Assembly: GCA_041488275.1 (NCBI GenBank)
Contig: JBGPOY010000004.1
Coordinates: 795 to 64,794 of the forward strand
Length of the DNA stretch: 64,000 bases
Source: Candidatus Nanoarchaeia archaeon
GTDB taxonomy: Archaea; Nanobdellota; Nanobdellia; Woesearchaeales; ARS49
Reading direction: 5' to 3'
Numbering within the stretch: position 1 is the stretch's first letter; each line of letters opens with the position of its first letter. Below are positions 8,566 through 18,109 of this stretch, piece by piece. The notes below the pieces were generated by a model. It saw only the letters and a program-made list of their open reading frames with translations. It did no database searches and was not told the origin of the DNA. The translations under genes and the position numbers were made by a program.

Positions 8566-9315
8566 TTACAGCCTGATTTTTCTGAAGAAATAGGCGCCAA
8601 TCAGAACGATAGCGACGCAAAATCCGACCATCGCTCCGAAACTGATGAGCGGCGAAATCTGAGACGTACCGAGCAAACCGTACCGAATGCCTTCAACGCC
8701 GTAGGTGAGCGGGTCAAGGTAGCTGAGGGTGCGCAGCCACGCGGGCGCACCGGAGAGCGGGAACAATGCGCCGGACAGGAAAAAGAGTGGGAACGTGATA
8801 AAGTTCATCACGAGCGGAAATCCCTGCATATCGCTCATGCGCGAGCCGAACGCCGTACCCATTGCCGTAAACGTCAGCCCGATAAGGAGCATGAAACCGA
8901 CCGCGATGAAGAATCCCGTGACGCTCGAGATGGACGCGCCAAAGATGAGTGAAATCGCGAGCAGGATGAATCCTTGAATGACTGCAGTGGTCGCGCCGCC
9001 GAGCGTGTGTCCGAGCATGATGCTGGTTCTCGAAACGGGCGCGACAAGCGTTTCCTTGAGGAATCCGAACTGCTTGTCCCAGATGATTTGGATGCCGGAA
9101 AACATCGACGTGAAGAGGACGGTCATCGCGATGATGCCGGGCGCGATGAATGCGAGATAATTGTGCTGCATTCCCGGAACGCTCACCGAGTTCAGTCCGG
9201 TGCCGATGATGACGAGGAAAAAGAACGGCATGCCGATGCTGCCGATGATTCTGCTGGGTGAACGGATGTAGCGCGTCATGGTGCGCAGCCAGAGGGTTAC
9301 GATTGCTTCCATCAT
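8566..9315 (-). CDS. ABC-2 type exporter permease (DrrB-like)
   Basis: About six TM segments; DKQFGFLKETLVAPVSR, FLSGALFP, DPLTYGVEGIR; ATGA overlap with the ATPase gene. Confidence 0.9.
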   Translation of the reverse strand: MMEAIVTLWLRTMTRYIRSPSRIIGSIGMPFFFLVIIGTGLNSVSVPGMQHNYLAFIAPGIIAMTVLFTSMFSGIQIIWDKQFGFLKETLVAPVSRTSIMLGHTLGGATTAVIQGFILLAISLIFGASISSVTGFFIAVGFMLLIGLTFTAMGTAFGSRMSDMQGFPLVMNFITFPLFFLSGALFPLSGAPAWLRTLSYLDPLTYGVEGIRYGLLGTSQISPLISFGAMVGFCVAIVLIGAYFFRKIRL

Positions 9316-10298
9316 CGTCGCCACGCTCTGCGTACGAGGCGCATGGTTTCTTTCCCGCCGGATTCTTCCTCGCGGATGGTCTTGCCTGTGACATGCAGGA
9401 AGACGTCTTCCAGCGTAGGCGTATGGACGCTGATGTGCTCAAGCGTGATGTTGGATTCCTGCGCGAGCTTGACCAAGTCGGAGATGCGGTACGCGGGTCG
9501 GTCGGCCTTGATGGACAGCGTGCCGTCATGCTGCTTCACGCCGGACGACCATTTCGCGCGCGCAAGCTCTTGGACGAGCTCATTCTGCTTCTTCGTTTTC
9601 ACCGAAATGAAGCCGCCGCCGACCGAGCGTTTGAGGTTTTCTGACGTGTCGAGCGCGATGATTTTGCCGTGGTCGATGATGGCGATGCGGTCGCACAAGC
9701 GGTCGGCTTCCTCCATATAGTGTGTCGTGAGAATGATGGTGACTTTCTTGTTCTTGTTGATGGCGCTGATGTACTCCCACAAATGGTTGCGCGTTTGCGG
9801 GTCCAGCCCGATAGTGGGTTCGTCAAGGAACAGCACGCGGGGCTCGTGGAGTAGTCCGCGCGCGATTTCCAAGCGGCGGCGCATGCCTCCTGAGTACGTG
9901 CGCACCAGGTCCTTCTGGCGGTCTTCGAGTCCGACGAGTTTCAGGAGTTCCGCGATGCGTTTCTTGCGCTCGGCGACGGGCACGCTGTAGAGGCGTCCGT
10001 GGATGTCGAGATTTTCGTAGCCGGTGAGCTCGTCGTCGAGGCTTTGGTCCTGAAAGACGACGCCGATGGACTTGCGCACCTCATTCTGCTGGGTGAGAAT
10101 GTTGAACCCGTTCACGGTCGCGCTGCCCGAGGTCGGCTGGCTCAGCGTGGCAAGCATCGAAATGGTGGTGGTCTTGCCCGCGCCGTTCGGACCGAGAAAA
10201 CCGAAGATTTCACCCTCGTTCACGTCGAAGCTGACGTCGTCAACGGCGGTGAAGTTGCCGAACTTCTTCGTCAGCTTGTTCAGGGAAATCATCGCCAT
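9312..10298 (-). CDS. ABC exporter ATP-binding protein (DrrA-like)
   Basis: Walker A GPNGAGKTT, signature YSGGMRRR, Walker B LFLDEP, H-loop TTHYMEEA. Confidence 0.95.
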   Translation of the reverse strand: MAMISLNKLTKKFGNFTAVDDVSFDVNEGEIFGFLGPNGAGKTTTISMLATLSQPTSGSATVNGFNILTQQNEVRKSIGVVFQDQSLDDELTGYENLDIHGRLYSVPVAERKKRIAELLKLVGLEDRQKDLVRTYSGGMRRRLEIARGLLHEPRVLFLDEPTIGLDPQTRNHLWEYISAINKNKKVTIILTTHYMEEADRLCDRIAIIDHGKIIALDTSENLKRSVGGGFISVKTKKQNELVQELARAKWSSGVKQHDGTLSIKADRPAYRISDLVKLAQESNITLEHISVHTPTLEDVFLHVTGKTIREEESGGKETMRLVRRAWRR

Positions 10299-10340
10299 AT
10301 CGGATGTCCGACATACGGAGGTTAAAAAGGTTGTGATTCA

Positions 10341-10413
10341 AGCCCCCAGCCGGAGTTGCACCGGCGACCTGCAGTTTACAAAACTGCCGCAATGGCTACT
10401 ATGCTATGGGGGC
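10341..10413 (-). tRNA. tRNA-Thr(TGT)
   Basis: Cloverleaf GCCCCCA...TGGGGGC-T; anticodon arm GCAGT-TT-TGT-AA-ACTGC. Confidence 0.9.
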
Positions 10414-10491
10414 GTGTTCTTTCCTCTCCTCGGGACGTTTTTAAATCTTCCCGCCGTAATCCTTAAATAGTGTTTCTCGTCAGGCGCGGGT

Positions 10492-10950
10492 ATGACGGTG
10501 AAGGACGACTACGAAAAGCTGCGCAAGCGGTTCAATCTGCCGTCGTTCGACGAGATTGATGCCGAGTTTGACCTCGCGGGAATCGAGGAAGGCAATCTCC
10601 TGCGCGAAATCCGGCATCGCGTGCACGAACGCCTCGAGTTCGGCGCGGGCATTATCGACACGATTTGCCAGCCCGACGCCAACAACATGCGTTCCATGAT
10701 GGAGTGCGGCTTCTTCAACGACCAGGAAAAGACCAAGGCGTTTCATCTTTCGCAGCGCTTGATGGTATTGTGGCGCAGTTTGACCGAAGCCGAACTGCTC
10801 AACGACGAAAAGTCCGACGTCGAAGCAATCAAACTCGCGTTCAAGGAGTGGAAAGAGATGAAAGAGCCGCTCCTCGCGTTCATCCGCAAAATGAAGGAGT
10901 CTTGGAAGCACGCCGCGCCGGGCAGGGAAGATCTCGGCTATCTCGGATGA
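10492..10950 (+). CDS. Hypothetical protein
   Basis: Host-like codon usage; upstream TATA; ATGA overlap with adk. Confidence 0.75.
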   Translation: MTVKDDYEKLRKRFNLPSFDEIDAEFDLAGIEEGNLLREIRHRVHERLEFGAGIIDTICQPDANNMRSMMECGFFNDQEKTKAFHLSQRLMVLWRSLTEAELLNDEKSDVEAIKLAFKEWKEMKEPLLAFIRKMKESWKHAAPGREDLGYLG

Positions 10951-11570
10951 AAATCGTCCTGATGGGCCCGCAGGGGTCAGGAAAAAGCGTGCAGGCGGAA
11001 CGTCTCTCGGCACACTACGACATTCCGCATCTTGCCATCGGCGACGTTTTGCGCGCAGAAGTCGCGAAAAAGACGGCAATGGGCAAGCGCATCGAAAAGG
11101 CAATTGACGCGGGCAAGCTCGTTTCGAACTCATTCACCAACAAGATTGTCGAGAAACGCTTGGAAGAAAACGACGCCGCCGACGGCTGGATTCTCGACGG
11201 GTATCCCCGCGACTTGCCGCAGGCGGAATTCTTGGACGGCATCACGGACTTGGACGCGGTTATCGTTATTGACATTCCCGAAAAGCTCACTATTGAGCGC
11301 ATCGCGAGCCGCAGAATCTGCCCGAAGTGCGGAGCAGTGTACGGTATCACGATGAAGCCCAAAAAAGCGGGTGTCTGCGACAAGTGCGGCACCAAACTCG
11401 TGCACCGCGATGACGACAAGCCCGACGCCATCAAGAAGCGCTTGGAAATCTATCACGAGGAAACCGAGCCGCTGACGGAATACTACAAACCCCGCAACTT
11501 GGTGCACGTCGTGGACGGCGCGAAAGGCGTGGACGCCGTGTTCAAAGAAATTACGCAGTTTCTTGGCTGA
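10947..11570 (+). CDS. adk: Adenylate kinase (Zn-lid type)
   Basis: GPQGSGKS, LDGYPR, lid CPKC...CDKC, HRDDD. Confidence 0.95.
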   Translation: MKIVLMGPQGSGKSVQAERLSAHYDIPHLAIGDVLRAEVAKKTAMGKRIEKAIDAGKLVSNSFTNKIVEKRLEENDAADGWILDGYPRDLPQAEFLDGITDLDAVIVIDIPEKLTIERIASRRICPKCGAVYGITMKPKKAGVCDKCGTKLVHRDDDKPDAIKKRLEIYHEETEPLTEYYKPRNLVHVVDGAKGVDAVFKEITQFLG

Positions 11571-12501
11571 ATAGTTGTTTCACGACTTCGGTGGCGTACC
11601 CGCCGGGCGGAAGCGTAAAGGTGAGCGTGATTTTCTTCATGCCCGCGTTCAGCTCATCGTCATCGGGTGTGCTGTGTTTCAAGTGCTGCACGTCCAGCGT
11701 CGTCGCGCGCGTCGTGCCTTCTTCGCTCAGTTCGGGAAATGATCGCAAAACGAACGCGCGGGGTTGAATGCCTTCGTGTTTCAGTTGCAATTGCACGTGG
11801 TGGTCGGATGGTTCAGAACCGAACCCGACGACGGGAACCGTGAACGGAAGAATGCCTTTGGCAAGCGTCCGCACCGCGTCGTTCCAGAGCTTGCTTTGGT
11901 ACGCGTGGACGAACAAACGCAGCAATTTCTTGGGCAGCATCCGCAACGCACCGAGCGTATCTGTCGGAGCGTGCGCAAGATGCGCTCGAAGCGTACCCGC
12001 GTCTTGAGGTTCGGTGTCGAGCACGAGCGCAAGCGCGGTTGCGTAGTCGCCTTTGACGATCGCCTTCCCAACACCCGCGTTGTTGACGCTGAAGCGCTGG
12101 TCGCCGAAGTAATTGATGAAGCGCGCAGGAACGACCGGACCGCGTTCGATGTCGCGCACCGTGATGCTGAATCGGTTTCCTGCGTGACTGCCGAGCGTCA
12201 CCGGTTCGGTGTCGTACCCGAGAAACGTCGTGGTGATGAACCCGTCATCGAAAGGAACGCGAACGTCAGGGACCCGCTTGACTGAGCACACTTGCGTCGT
12301 GATTGCCTGCGCGTCCTTCAATCCCGCGAACCCGATGTCCTTGAGCTGCACGTTCCAGTGGCGCGCGAGTGTACGGGCGGCTTCGAGCGTGCCGACGCCG
12401 CGCTTGCGCAGGATGAACCACGAAAACTGTCCGCTGCCCGCGGGCTTGCGGGAGTGGAGTTCCTCGACGATAAAATCCTCGGGCACCTGCTTGACGCGCA
12501 T
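11551..12501 (-). CDS. truD: tRNA pseudouridine(13) synthase
   Basis: KQVPEDFIVEE, FAGLKDAQAITTQ, GNRFSI, NYFGDQRF, FTLPPGGYAT. Confidence 0.93.
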   Translation of the reverse strand: MRVKQVPEDFIVEELHSRKPAGSGQFSWFILRKRGVGTLEAARTLARHWNVQLKDIGFAGLKDAQAITTQVCSVKRVPDVRVPFDDGFITTTFLGYDTEPVTLGSHAGNRFSITVRDIERGPVVPARFINYFGDQRFSVNNAGVGKAIVKGDYATALALVLDTEPQDAGTLRAHLAHAPTDTLGALRMLPKKLLRLFVHAYQSKLWNDAVRTLAKGILPFTVPVVGFGSEPSDHHVQLQLKHEGIQPRAFVLRSFPELSEEGTTRATTLDVQHLKHSTPDDDELNAGMKKITLTFTLPPGGYATEVVKQLFSQETA

Positions 12502-12555
12502 GGGCGAAAGGGAGCGCACAAGGTTTTTAAACCCTCTCACGCGCGTTGGAAGGGT

Positions 12556-12630
12556 GCGCCCGTAGCTCAGCCTGGATAGAGCGCGAGGTTCCTAACCTTG
12601 AGGCCGAGGGTTCGAATCCCTTCGGGCGCG
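12556..12630 (+). tRNA. tRNA-Arg(CCT)
   Basis: GCGCCCG/CGGGCGC acceptor stem; CGAGG-TT-CCT-AA-CCTTG anticodon arm; GGTTCGAATCC T-loop. Confidence 0.93.
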
Positions 12631-12631
12631 T

Positions 12632-13402
12632 ATGTTAACGTCCGATTACGCCGCAAGCTTTGACGGCACGCTCATCCATTATCAGGTAAACCGCCGCCCG
12701 AAAAACCCTACGCTGGTGTTCATCCACGGCGCGGGCAGCAACCACACCGCGTGGGCGCGAATCACGCCGCGGTTCAAGAACCGTTCCTACATCGCGGTCG
12801 ACTTGCGCAACCACGGGCTGTCCGGCTTCGGCAAATTTTCTATTGAGAACGTCACGCGCGACATTGCCGAAGTGCTTGCGCGCGAGCACGTGAAGGAATT
12901 CATTCCGGTCGGCATGTCCCTTGGCGCTCCGGTCGCGCTCGAGCTCGTCAAGCGTTTCCCGGACAAAGCAAAACGCGTCGTGCTCATCAGCCCGAGTTCG
13001 CGCTCCCTGACGAACCACAGCGCGTTTTTTGTCGAGGCGATGCGCACGATTCGCGGCGCGCTGATGCTGTTCCCGAAGCGTAACCGTCTGAAGTTCGTGC
13101 GTCAGAACAAAAAAGTCCCCGCAATTATCAACCCGTTCTGGGAAATGCAGGGAATTCACGTGCGCGACATGGCGCTTGCGATTGAGCGCGCGCTCACGCT
13201 TGAGCTGGATTTTACGAGCCTACGAAAACCAACGCTTATATTGACGGGGCGCAATGACTTGTTGATGAACCGGCGCGCGCTGAACAAGATTCTTCGGCGG
13301 AACCCGCATATCGCGCACGAATCGCTTCCCGCGCACCACCTGATTCTCAGCCGGGCGCCGTCGCTCGCAGCCGAGCGCATCGCGGCGTTTGCGGAGGACT
13401 GA
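12632..13402 (+). CDS. Alpha/beta-fold hydrolase
   Basis: FIHGAG, DLRNHGLS and nucleophile elbow GMSLG. Confidence 0.88.
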   Translation: MLTSDYAASFDGTLIHYQVNRRPKNPTLVFIHGAGSNHTAWARITPRFKNRSYIAVDLRNHGLSGFGKFSIENVTRDIAEVLAREHVKEFIPVGMSLGAPVALELVKRFPDKAKRVVLISPSSRSLTNHSAFFVEAMRTIRGALMLFPKRNRLKFVRQNKKVPAIINPFWEMQGIHVRDMALAIERALTLELDFTSLRKPTLILTGRNDLLMNRRALNKILRRNPHIAHESLPAHHLILSRAPSLAAERIAAFAED

Positions 13403-14451
13403 TGGCGCGCATCCTGTACGGCATCGCAGGAGAAGGCTTGGGGCACGCCACGCGCGCAAAGGCAATTCTCGAACAGTTGAACCATCACGACGTGCAGATT
13501 GTGACGGGCAGCCGCGCGTTTCCGTACCTCTCGCGTTTCTTTCCCAAGGTGCACCCCGTCTCCTCGCTGCACATCAAGTACTGGAACAACGCGGTCTCGA
13601 CATCGGGGACGCTTGCGTATAACGTCCTGCGGTTTCCCGTGCTGTTGTACTCATTCATTCAAACCGTGTTGCTGGCGCGGAAGTTCAAGCCCGACCTCAT
13701 CATCACCGACTACGAGCCGTTCACGTGCTACACGGGATTGCTCTTGGGCATTCCGATTTTGAGCATTGACAACCAGCACGTGCTCGACCGCGTGCGCACG
13801 GGATTTGACCGCCGCTGGTGGTGGGAAACGTTCAAGCTTAAGCTGCTGACATCCGTCGTCATTCCGTCGGCAACCGAATACATCGTGACCACGTTCGCGT
13901 TCAGCCTGACGCCGTTCAAGAAAACGCGGCTCGTTCCGCCGATTTTGCGCAAGGAATTGCTCGCGATTTCCCCGACGATAGGAAAGCACGTCTTGGTCTA
14001 TCAGACTTCCCAGTCCAATCGCCGCCTGCTTGAACTGTTGAAGCGCCTGCCTGAGCAGTTCATCGTGTACGGGTTCGGCGAGATGCAGAACACGGACAAC
14101 CTCACGTTCAAATCCTTTAGTGAGAGCGAATTTTTCAAGGACATCGCGAGCTGCAAGGCGGTGATTTCCAACGGCGGTTATTCCTTAATGGGGGAGGCGT
14201 TGATGCTCGGCAAGCCCGTGCTCTCAGAACCGGTGCGCAAGCAGTTCGAGCAGACCGTGAACGCGATGCTCTTGGAGAGAGAAGGTTTCGGCATGAACGC
14301 CGTGCACATTCAGGGCGCGAACATCACCGAATTCCTCGCGCACCTCGATATGTATCGCAAGAACTTGAAGAAGTTTGATTCCATCGACAAGAACGCGGGC
14401 GTTGACGAAACGGTCGCGTGGATTGAACGGCTTATCCGGCAAGCTTCTTGA
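13402..14451 (+). CDS. GT-B glycosyltransferase (MJ1255/VC2487-like)
   Basis: GEGLGHATR, ITDYEP, SIDNQH, NGGYSLMGEA, QFEQTVNA. Confidence 0.85.
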   Translation: MARILYGIAGEGLGHATRAKAILEQLNHHDVQIVTGSRAFPYLSRFFPKVHPVSSLHIKYWNNAVSTSGTLAYNVLRFPVLLYSFIQTVLLARKFKPDLIITDYEPFTCYTGLLLGIPILSIDNQHVLDRVRTGFDRRWWWETFKLKLLTSVVIPSATEYIVTTFAFSLTPFKKTRLVPPILRKELLAISPTIGKHVLVYQTSQSNRRLLELLKRLPEQFIVYGFGEMQNTDNLTFKSFSESEFFKDIASCKAVISNGGYSLMGEALMLGKPVLSEPVRKQFEQTVNAMLLEREGFGMNAVHIQGANITEFLAHLDMYRKNLKKFDSIDKNAGVDETVAWIERLIRQAS

Positions 14452-16264
14452 GCAATTCGGCAATCTTTTGTCCTGACGCCTTTCCGCGCAGGCGAGCCAT
14501 CGCTTTTCCGATGAGCGCATTGTACGCCATGCCCTTGTTTTCGGTAATGATGGACGTGAGCTCGCGCGTGAGCTCCGCGTCAGAGAGAAGGGTGTACTTC
14601 TTGAGCACGCCCGTCACCGGACGGTTTTCCTTAAGAATCTCGAGCACGCTTTCCTTGGAGAGGGTGTTGTCGTTGAGCGCGGCAAACAGCGCGTCGTAAT
14701 CGTGGTCCATCGCTGTGCTGTCGATGTTGAACTGGCGTTTGAGGTTACGCGCGCTCGTAAAAAAGACTTCCGCGATGTAGGCGGGCTTGACGCCGGGATA
14801 GTGCTTGACAAATCGTTCGAATACGATTGACTTTTCTGATTTTGCCGCGAGTTCAGCGAGGTCGTGGGCCAAGCCCCATTCTTCATAGCGTTCTGCTTTG
14901 CTTTCAATCAGTTCCGGAAGCGTCGTTGATTCGAGAAGCTTGAGTAACGGAACAGGTTTGACGTCGGTTTCCGGGTACAGTCGCGCGGCGCCGGGCATCG
15001 GGCGCAGGAATGTGGTCGTTCCGTCGTCATTTGCCTTGCGGACTTCTTTCGGAATGCCTTTCAGCGTTTCTCTCGCGCGTTCGATGATGGCGGTCATCGC
15101 GCGCTGCGCCTTATCTGGAGCGTCTGCGACGAGCACGAACGCATCGTTGGCCAAGCAACCCAGCGCGCGCCGGAGCGCGTCCACTTCGCCTTGCGTGATG
15201 CCGTACTTGGGCAGCTCGTCCGAGTGAAAGAGTCCGCCGACACCGGCGGTTGATTTCGCGCGGTCGGAAAATTCCGTGCCCAAACGCCTGCCGGGCTGGA
15301 CTTCCTTGCCCGTAAGACCGTGAAAGCCGTGCAAACGGATGCCGAGCACGACGCCTTTGTTCTTGAGCGCATTCTTGATGACTTCTCCGTCGCATTTGGC
15401 AAGAATGTGCGTGACGTCCTCGACTTTCGGGCTGAGTTCTTTCACGCCGCGCTTCGCAAGTTCATCGCGCATCTCGAGCAAGGTCTTTTGGCGCAATGCT
15501 TCGTACGCCACGAGCGTCGGGAGCATCTTGAGGTCTTGCGCGCCCTTGATTTCGACGCGCGTGCCGCCGATGATGCTGACGTTCACGTCTTGGCGAATCG
15601 TGCCGAGCCCGCGTTTCGCGTTGCCGGTACTGCGCAGCAGCAAGCCGAGCGCTTCGGCGACTTCTCTGCACTGGTCCGGGTCCTTGATTTCGGGACCGGT
15701 GCCGATTTCGACGAGCGGAATGCCCAGCCGATCGAGCCGGTAAAGCGTTTCAGAAGAATTGTTCTTGATAATGCGGCACGCATCCTCTTCGAGGCTGATG
15801 TTCGGAATGGTGACGGTGCCGTGCGGCGTCGTGAGCGTGCCGTTGCGCGCGACAAGAGCCGTGCGCTGGAACGCGGACGTGTTGCTGCCGTCCACAATCG
15901 TCTTGCGCATCACTTGCAGTTGGTCCGAGACGCGCGCCTTGAGCAGGAGCGCGGCTTGCAACGCGACCGTGAGCGCTTGGTCGTTCAGCGTTTCGGGAGG
16001 AGATTCATCGAGTTCGACAAGACAGGTCGTGTCCTCGAACCCTTCGTAGACAAAGGATTTGCCTTTTTCCATTTCGTGCATGGCTGCAACGTCAATGTCT
16101 CCGGTTTCGCCGGCGACGGCGCGCAGCTGGCGGCGAACGGTGAAGTGCGCGGGGTCGTCCCGAATCAGCGTCGGACAATTACAGAAGAGCTTGCGTCCCT
16201 CGAGCTGTTGGTGAATCTCGAGTCCGCATTTCAGTCCGAGTTGTTTCCAGTCGAGCGCTGCCAT
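14432..16264 (-). CDS. gatE: Glu-tRNA(Gln) amidotransferase subunit E
   Basis: GLEIHQQL, DGSNTSAFQRT, DRLGIPLVEI, GLGTIRQDVNVSI, RPMPGAARLYPETD. Confidence 0.97.
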   Translation of the reverse strand: MAALDWKQLGLKCGLEIHQQLEGRKLFCNCPTLIRDDPAHFTVRRQLRAVAGETGDIDVAAMHEMEKGKSFVYEGFEDTTCLVELDESPPETLNDQALTVALQAALLLKARVSDQLQVMRKTIVDGSNTSAFQRTALVARNGTLTTPHGTVTIPNISLEEDACRIIKNNSSETLYRLDRLGIPLVEIGTGPEIKDPDQCREVAEALGLLLRSTGNAKRGLGTIRQDVNVSIIGGTRVEIKGAQDLKMLPTLVAYEALRQKTLLEMRDELAKRGVKELSPKVEDVTHILAKCDGEVIKNALKNKGVVLGIRLHGFHGLTGKEVQPGRRLGTEFSDRAKSTAGVGGLFHSDELPKYGITQGEVDALRRALGCLANDAFVLVADAPDKAQRAMTAIIERARETLKGIPKEVRKANDDGTTTFLRPMPGAARLYPETDVKPVPLLKLLESTTLPELIESKAERYEEWGLAHDLAELAAKSEKSIVFERFVKHYPGVKPAYIAEVFFTSARNLKRQFNIDSTAMDHDYDALFAALNDNTLSKESVLEILKENRPVTGVLKKYTLLSDAELTRELTSIITENKGMAYNALIGKAMARLRGKASGQKIAELLKKLAG

Positions 16265-16491
16265 AGGATTTCCTTGCCTTTTTTGAGGAGCTTGATGCGC
16301 GTAAGCGGCAGCGCGATTTCCTCGCCCGCCATATCGATGACGACGGAGGAGGCTTCGATGCGCTTGATGTCCGCGTATTTTTTCTCGATGAGCTGGCGCA
16401 GGACGCGGTCTTCATACGCGAACGTGTAGTCGGCAGGGTGTTCGGTCGCGTCCTGTTTGATGTCGTTGAGGAGGTCGCGGAGGTATGCCAT
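16231..16491 (-). CDS. DUF504/MJ1316-like small RNA-binding protein
   Basis: RDLLNDIKQD...YEDR...LPLTRI...GKEILWQR resembles the DUF504 pattern; overlaps both gatD and gatE. Confidence 0.65.
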   Translation of the reverse strand: MAYLRDLLNDIKQDATEHPADYTFAYEDRVLRQLIEKKYADIKRIEASSVVIDMAGEEIALPLTRIKLLKKGKEILWQRSTGNNSD

Positions 16492-17786
16492 TAGCGCCAG
16501 AGGAATGCGTTCGGCTCGATGCGTTCGCTGAGCTCGCCCGCGATGTTTGCGCCGTAGCGCGCCTGCGCTTCCGCTTTGGGATGATTGCTGAGGAGCCAGG
16601 CGAGCTTGAGGAACGCGGTTTCGGGATGCATGTCCGTCAGGTTGCCGAGCACGCCGAGTTCCTGCAGTTTTCTTCCGGGAGCGTAGACGTTCATGTCGAC
16701 TTCTCCGAAGAGCGTTTGCGTTGCCATCGCGACGAGCGTTCCCGACGCGATGACTCCTTTCAGCGCGGTGAGAATTTTCGTGTGTTCTTTGGTTTCGGCG
16801 TCAATCTCGTTCATCGGAATGTGTCCGAGGCCTGTTCCTGAAAGCACGAGTCCGTCCCATCCTTTGTAGAGCGAGAACTGTTCGGCGTACATGTTAGTGT
16901 GAATGTGCAGGAGCCCGACTTGCAGCGTTTCCTTGAACGGCTTGACGACAAACGTGCCCGTGCCCTTGCGCGGGTAGTCGGTGCGGAGCCAGATTACTTT
17001 CTTGGACTTCACGTCGACGCTTGCCCACGGCAACGCGTTGATGGGTCGGAACGCGTCTCTTCGGGACGAGTGGAGCTTGCGGCACTTTGTTCCTTGCAGG
17101 ATGAGGCAGGACGTGTCGTTGAGGTTTTCGTGCATGCAGACGCCGACGCCGACGAATTCCGTGTTCGCGATGAAGCTCGCTGCCGCGATGAGATTTGCTC
17201 CCGCGTCAGAGCTGCCTCGGTCAGAGGAGCGTTGCGCTCCGACGAGGATGACCGGAATCGGCAGGTTGTGCAACGCGAAGGAGAGCGCGGCGGAGCTGTA
17301 GTGCATCGTGTCCGTGCCGTGCGTGATGATGACTCCATTAACTCCTTTCGCGATTTCCTTGGCGACTTCGTGCGCGAGCAGGTTGTAGTGCGCGAACCGC
17401 ATGTCGTCGGACGCCATGTTGCGGATGAGGCGAGAGTCAATGTTGGCGATGTCGCGCAGTTCGGGGAAGAGCGCGAGGATTTCGTCCGGCGTGAACCGGC
17501 TCGTCACGGCGCCGGTCTCGTAGTCCACCTTGCTCGCGATGGTGCCGCCGGTGTGGAGAATGGTGATGCGCGGCAAACCGTTCTTGTGCGCGACCGCTTT
17601 CGTCGCAGGTTCTTTCGCGTGGTGCGCTTCAACGAGCTTGATGTCTTTGACGCGCTTCTTGTCCACGCCGATGTTGTACCCAGAATCGAGCTTGACGATG
17701 ACAAAGTCCTTTTCTTCGGGAAGCAGCACGCCTTGGACGGTCTCGTCCTTCGCGACGATGCTGACGCGGTCACCTGGCTTGGGCAT
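16491..17786 (-). CDS. gatD: Glu-tRNA(Gln) amidotransferase subunit D
   Basis: KLDSGYNIG, TGGTIASKVDYETG, HGTDT, GAQRSSDRGSSD, KLHSSRRDAF. Confidence 0.97.
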   Translation of the reverse strand: MPKPGDRVSIVAKDETVQGVLLPEEKDFVIVKLDSGYNIGVDKKRVKDIKLVEAHHAKEPATKAVAHKNGLPRITILHTGGTIASKVDYETGAVTSRFTPDEILALFPELRDIANIDSRLIRNMASDDMRFAHYNLLAHEVAKEIAKGVNGVIITHGTDTMHYSSAALSFALHNLPIPVILVGAQRSSDRGSSDAGANLIAAASFIANTEFVGVGVCMHENLNDTSCLILQGTKCRKLHSSRRDAFRPINALPWASVDVKSKKVIWLRTDYPRKGTGTFVVKPFKETLQVGLLHIHTNMYAEQFSLYKGWDGLVLSGTGLGHIPMNEIDAETKEHTKILTALKGVIASGTLVAMATQTLFGEVDMNVYAPGRKLQELGVLGNLTDMHPETAFLKLAWLLSNHPKAEAQARYGANIAGELSERIEPNAFLWR

Positions 17787-17823
17787 AGGGAAATCCTGAG
17801 AACGGGGCTTTATTAATATTCCC

Positions 17824-18105
17824 CTACTGCGCTTCGGCTACCTTGATGATGTGCCAGCCGAACTTGGTCTTGACGGGTTTGGAGAGTTCGTTGACGGGCA
17901 GCGTGAACGCGGAGTCTTCGAATTCTTTGACCATCATTCCTTTGCCGAACCAGCCGAGGTCGCCTCCTTTGTTGCGCGAAGGGCAGAGCGAGTGCTTCTT
18001 GGCTTCGTCTTCGAAGGAAGCGCCGCGCTTGAGGTCGAAGAGGATGCTGTTCGCTTCCTGTTCGGTCTTGACGAGAATGTGGTAGGCGCGGATTTTCTTG
18101 GGCAT
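17824..18105 (-). CDS. ppiC: Parvulin-type peptidyl-prolyl isomerase
   Basis: HILVK, SLCPS, GGDLGWF, MVKEFE, TKFGWHII. Confidence 0.92.
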   Translation of the reverse strand: MPKKIRAYHILVKTEQEANSILFDLKRGASFEDEAKKHSLCPSRNKGGDLGWFGKGMMVKEFEDSAFTLPVNELSKPVKTKFGWHIIKVAEAQ

Positions 18106-18109
18106 CGGT

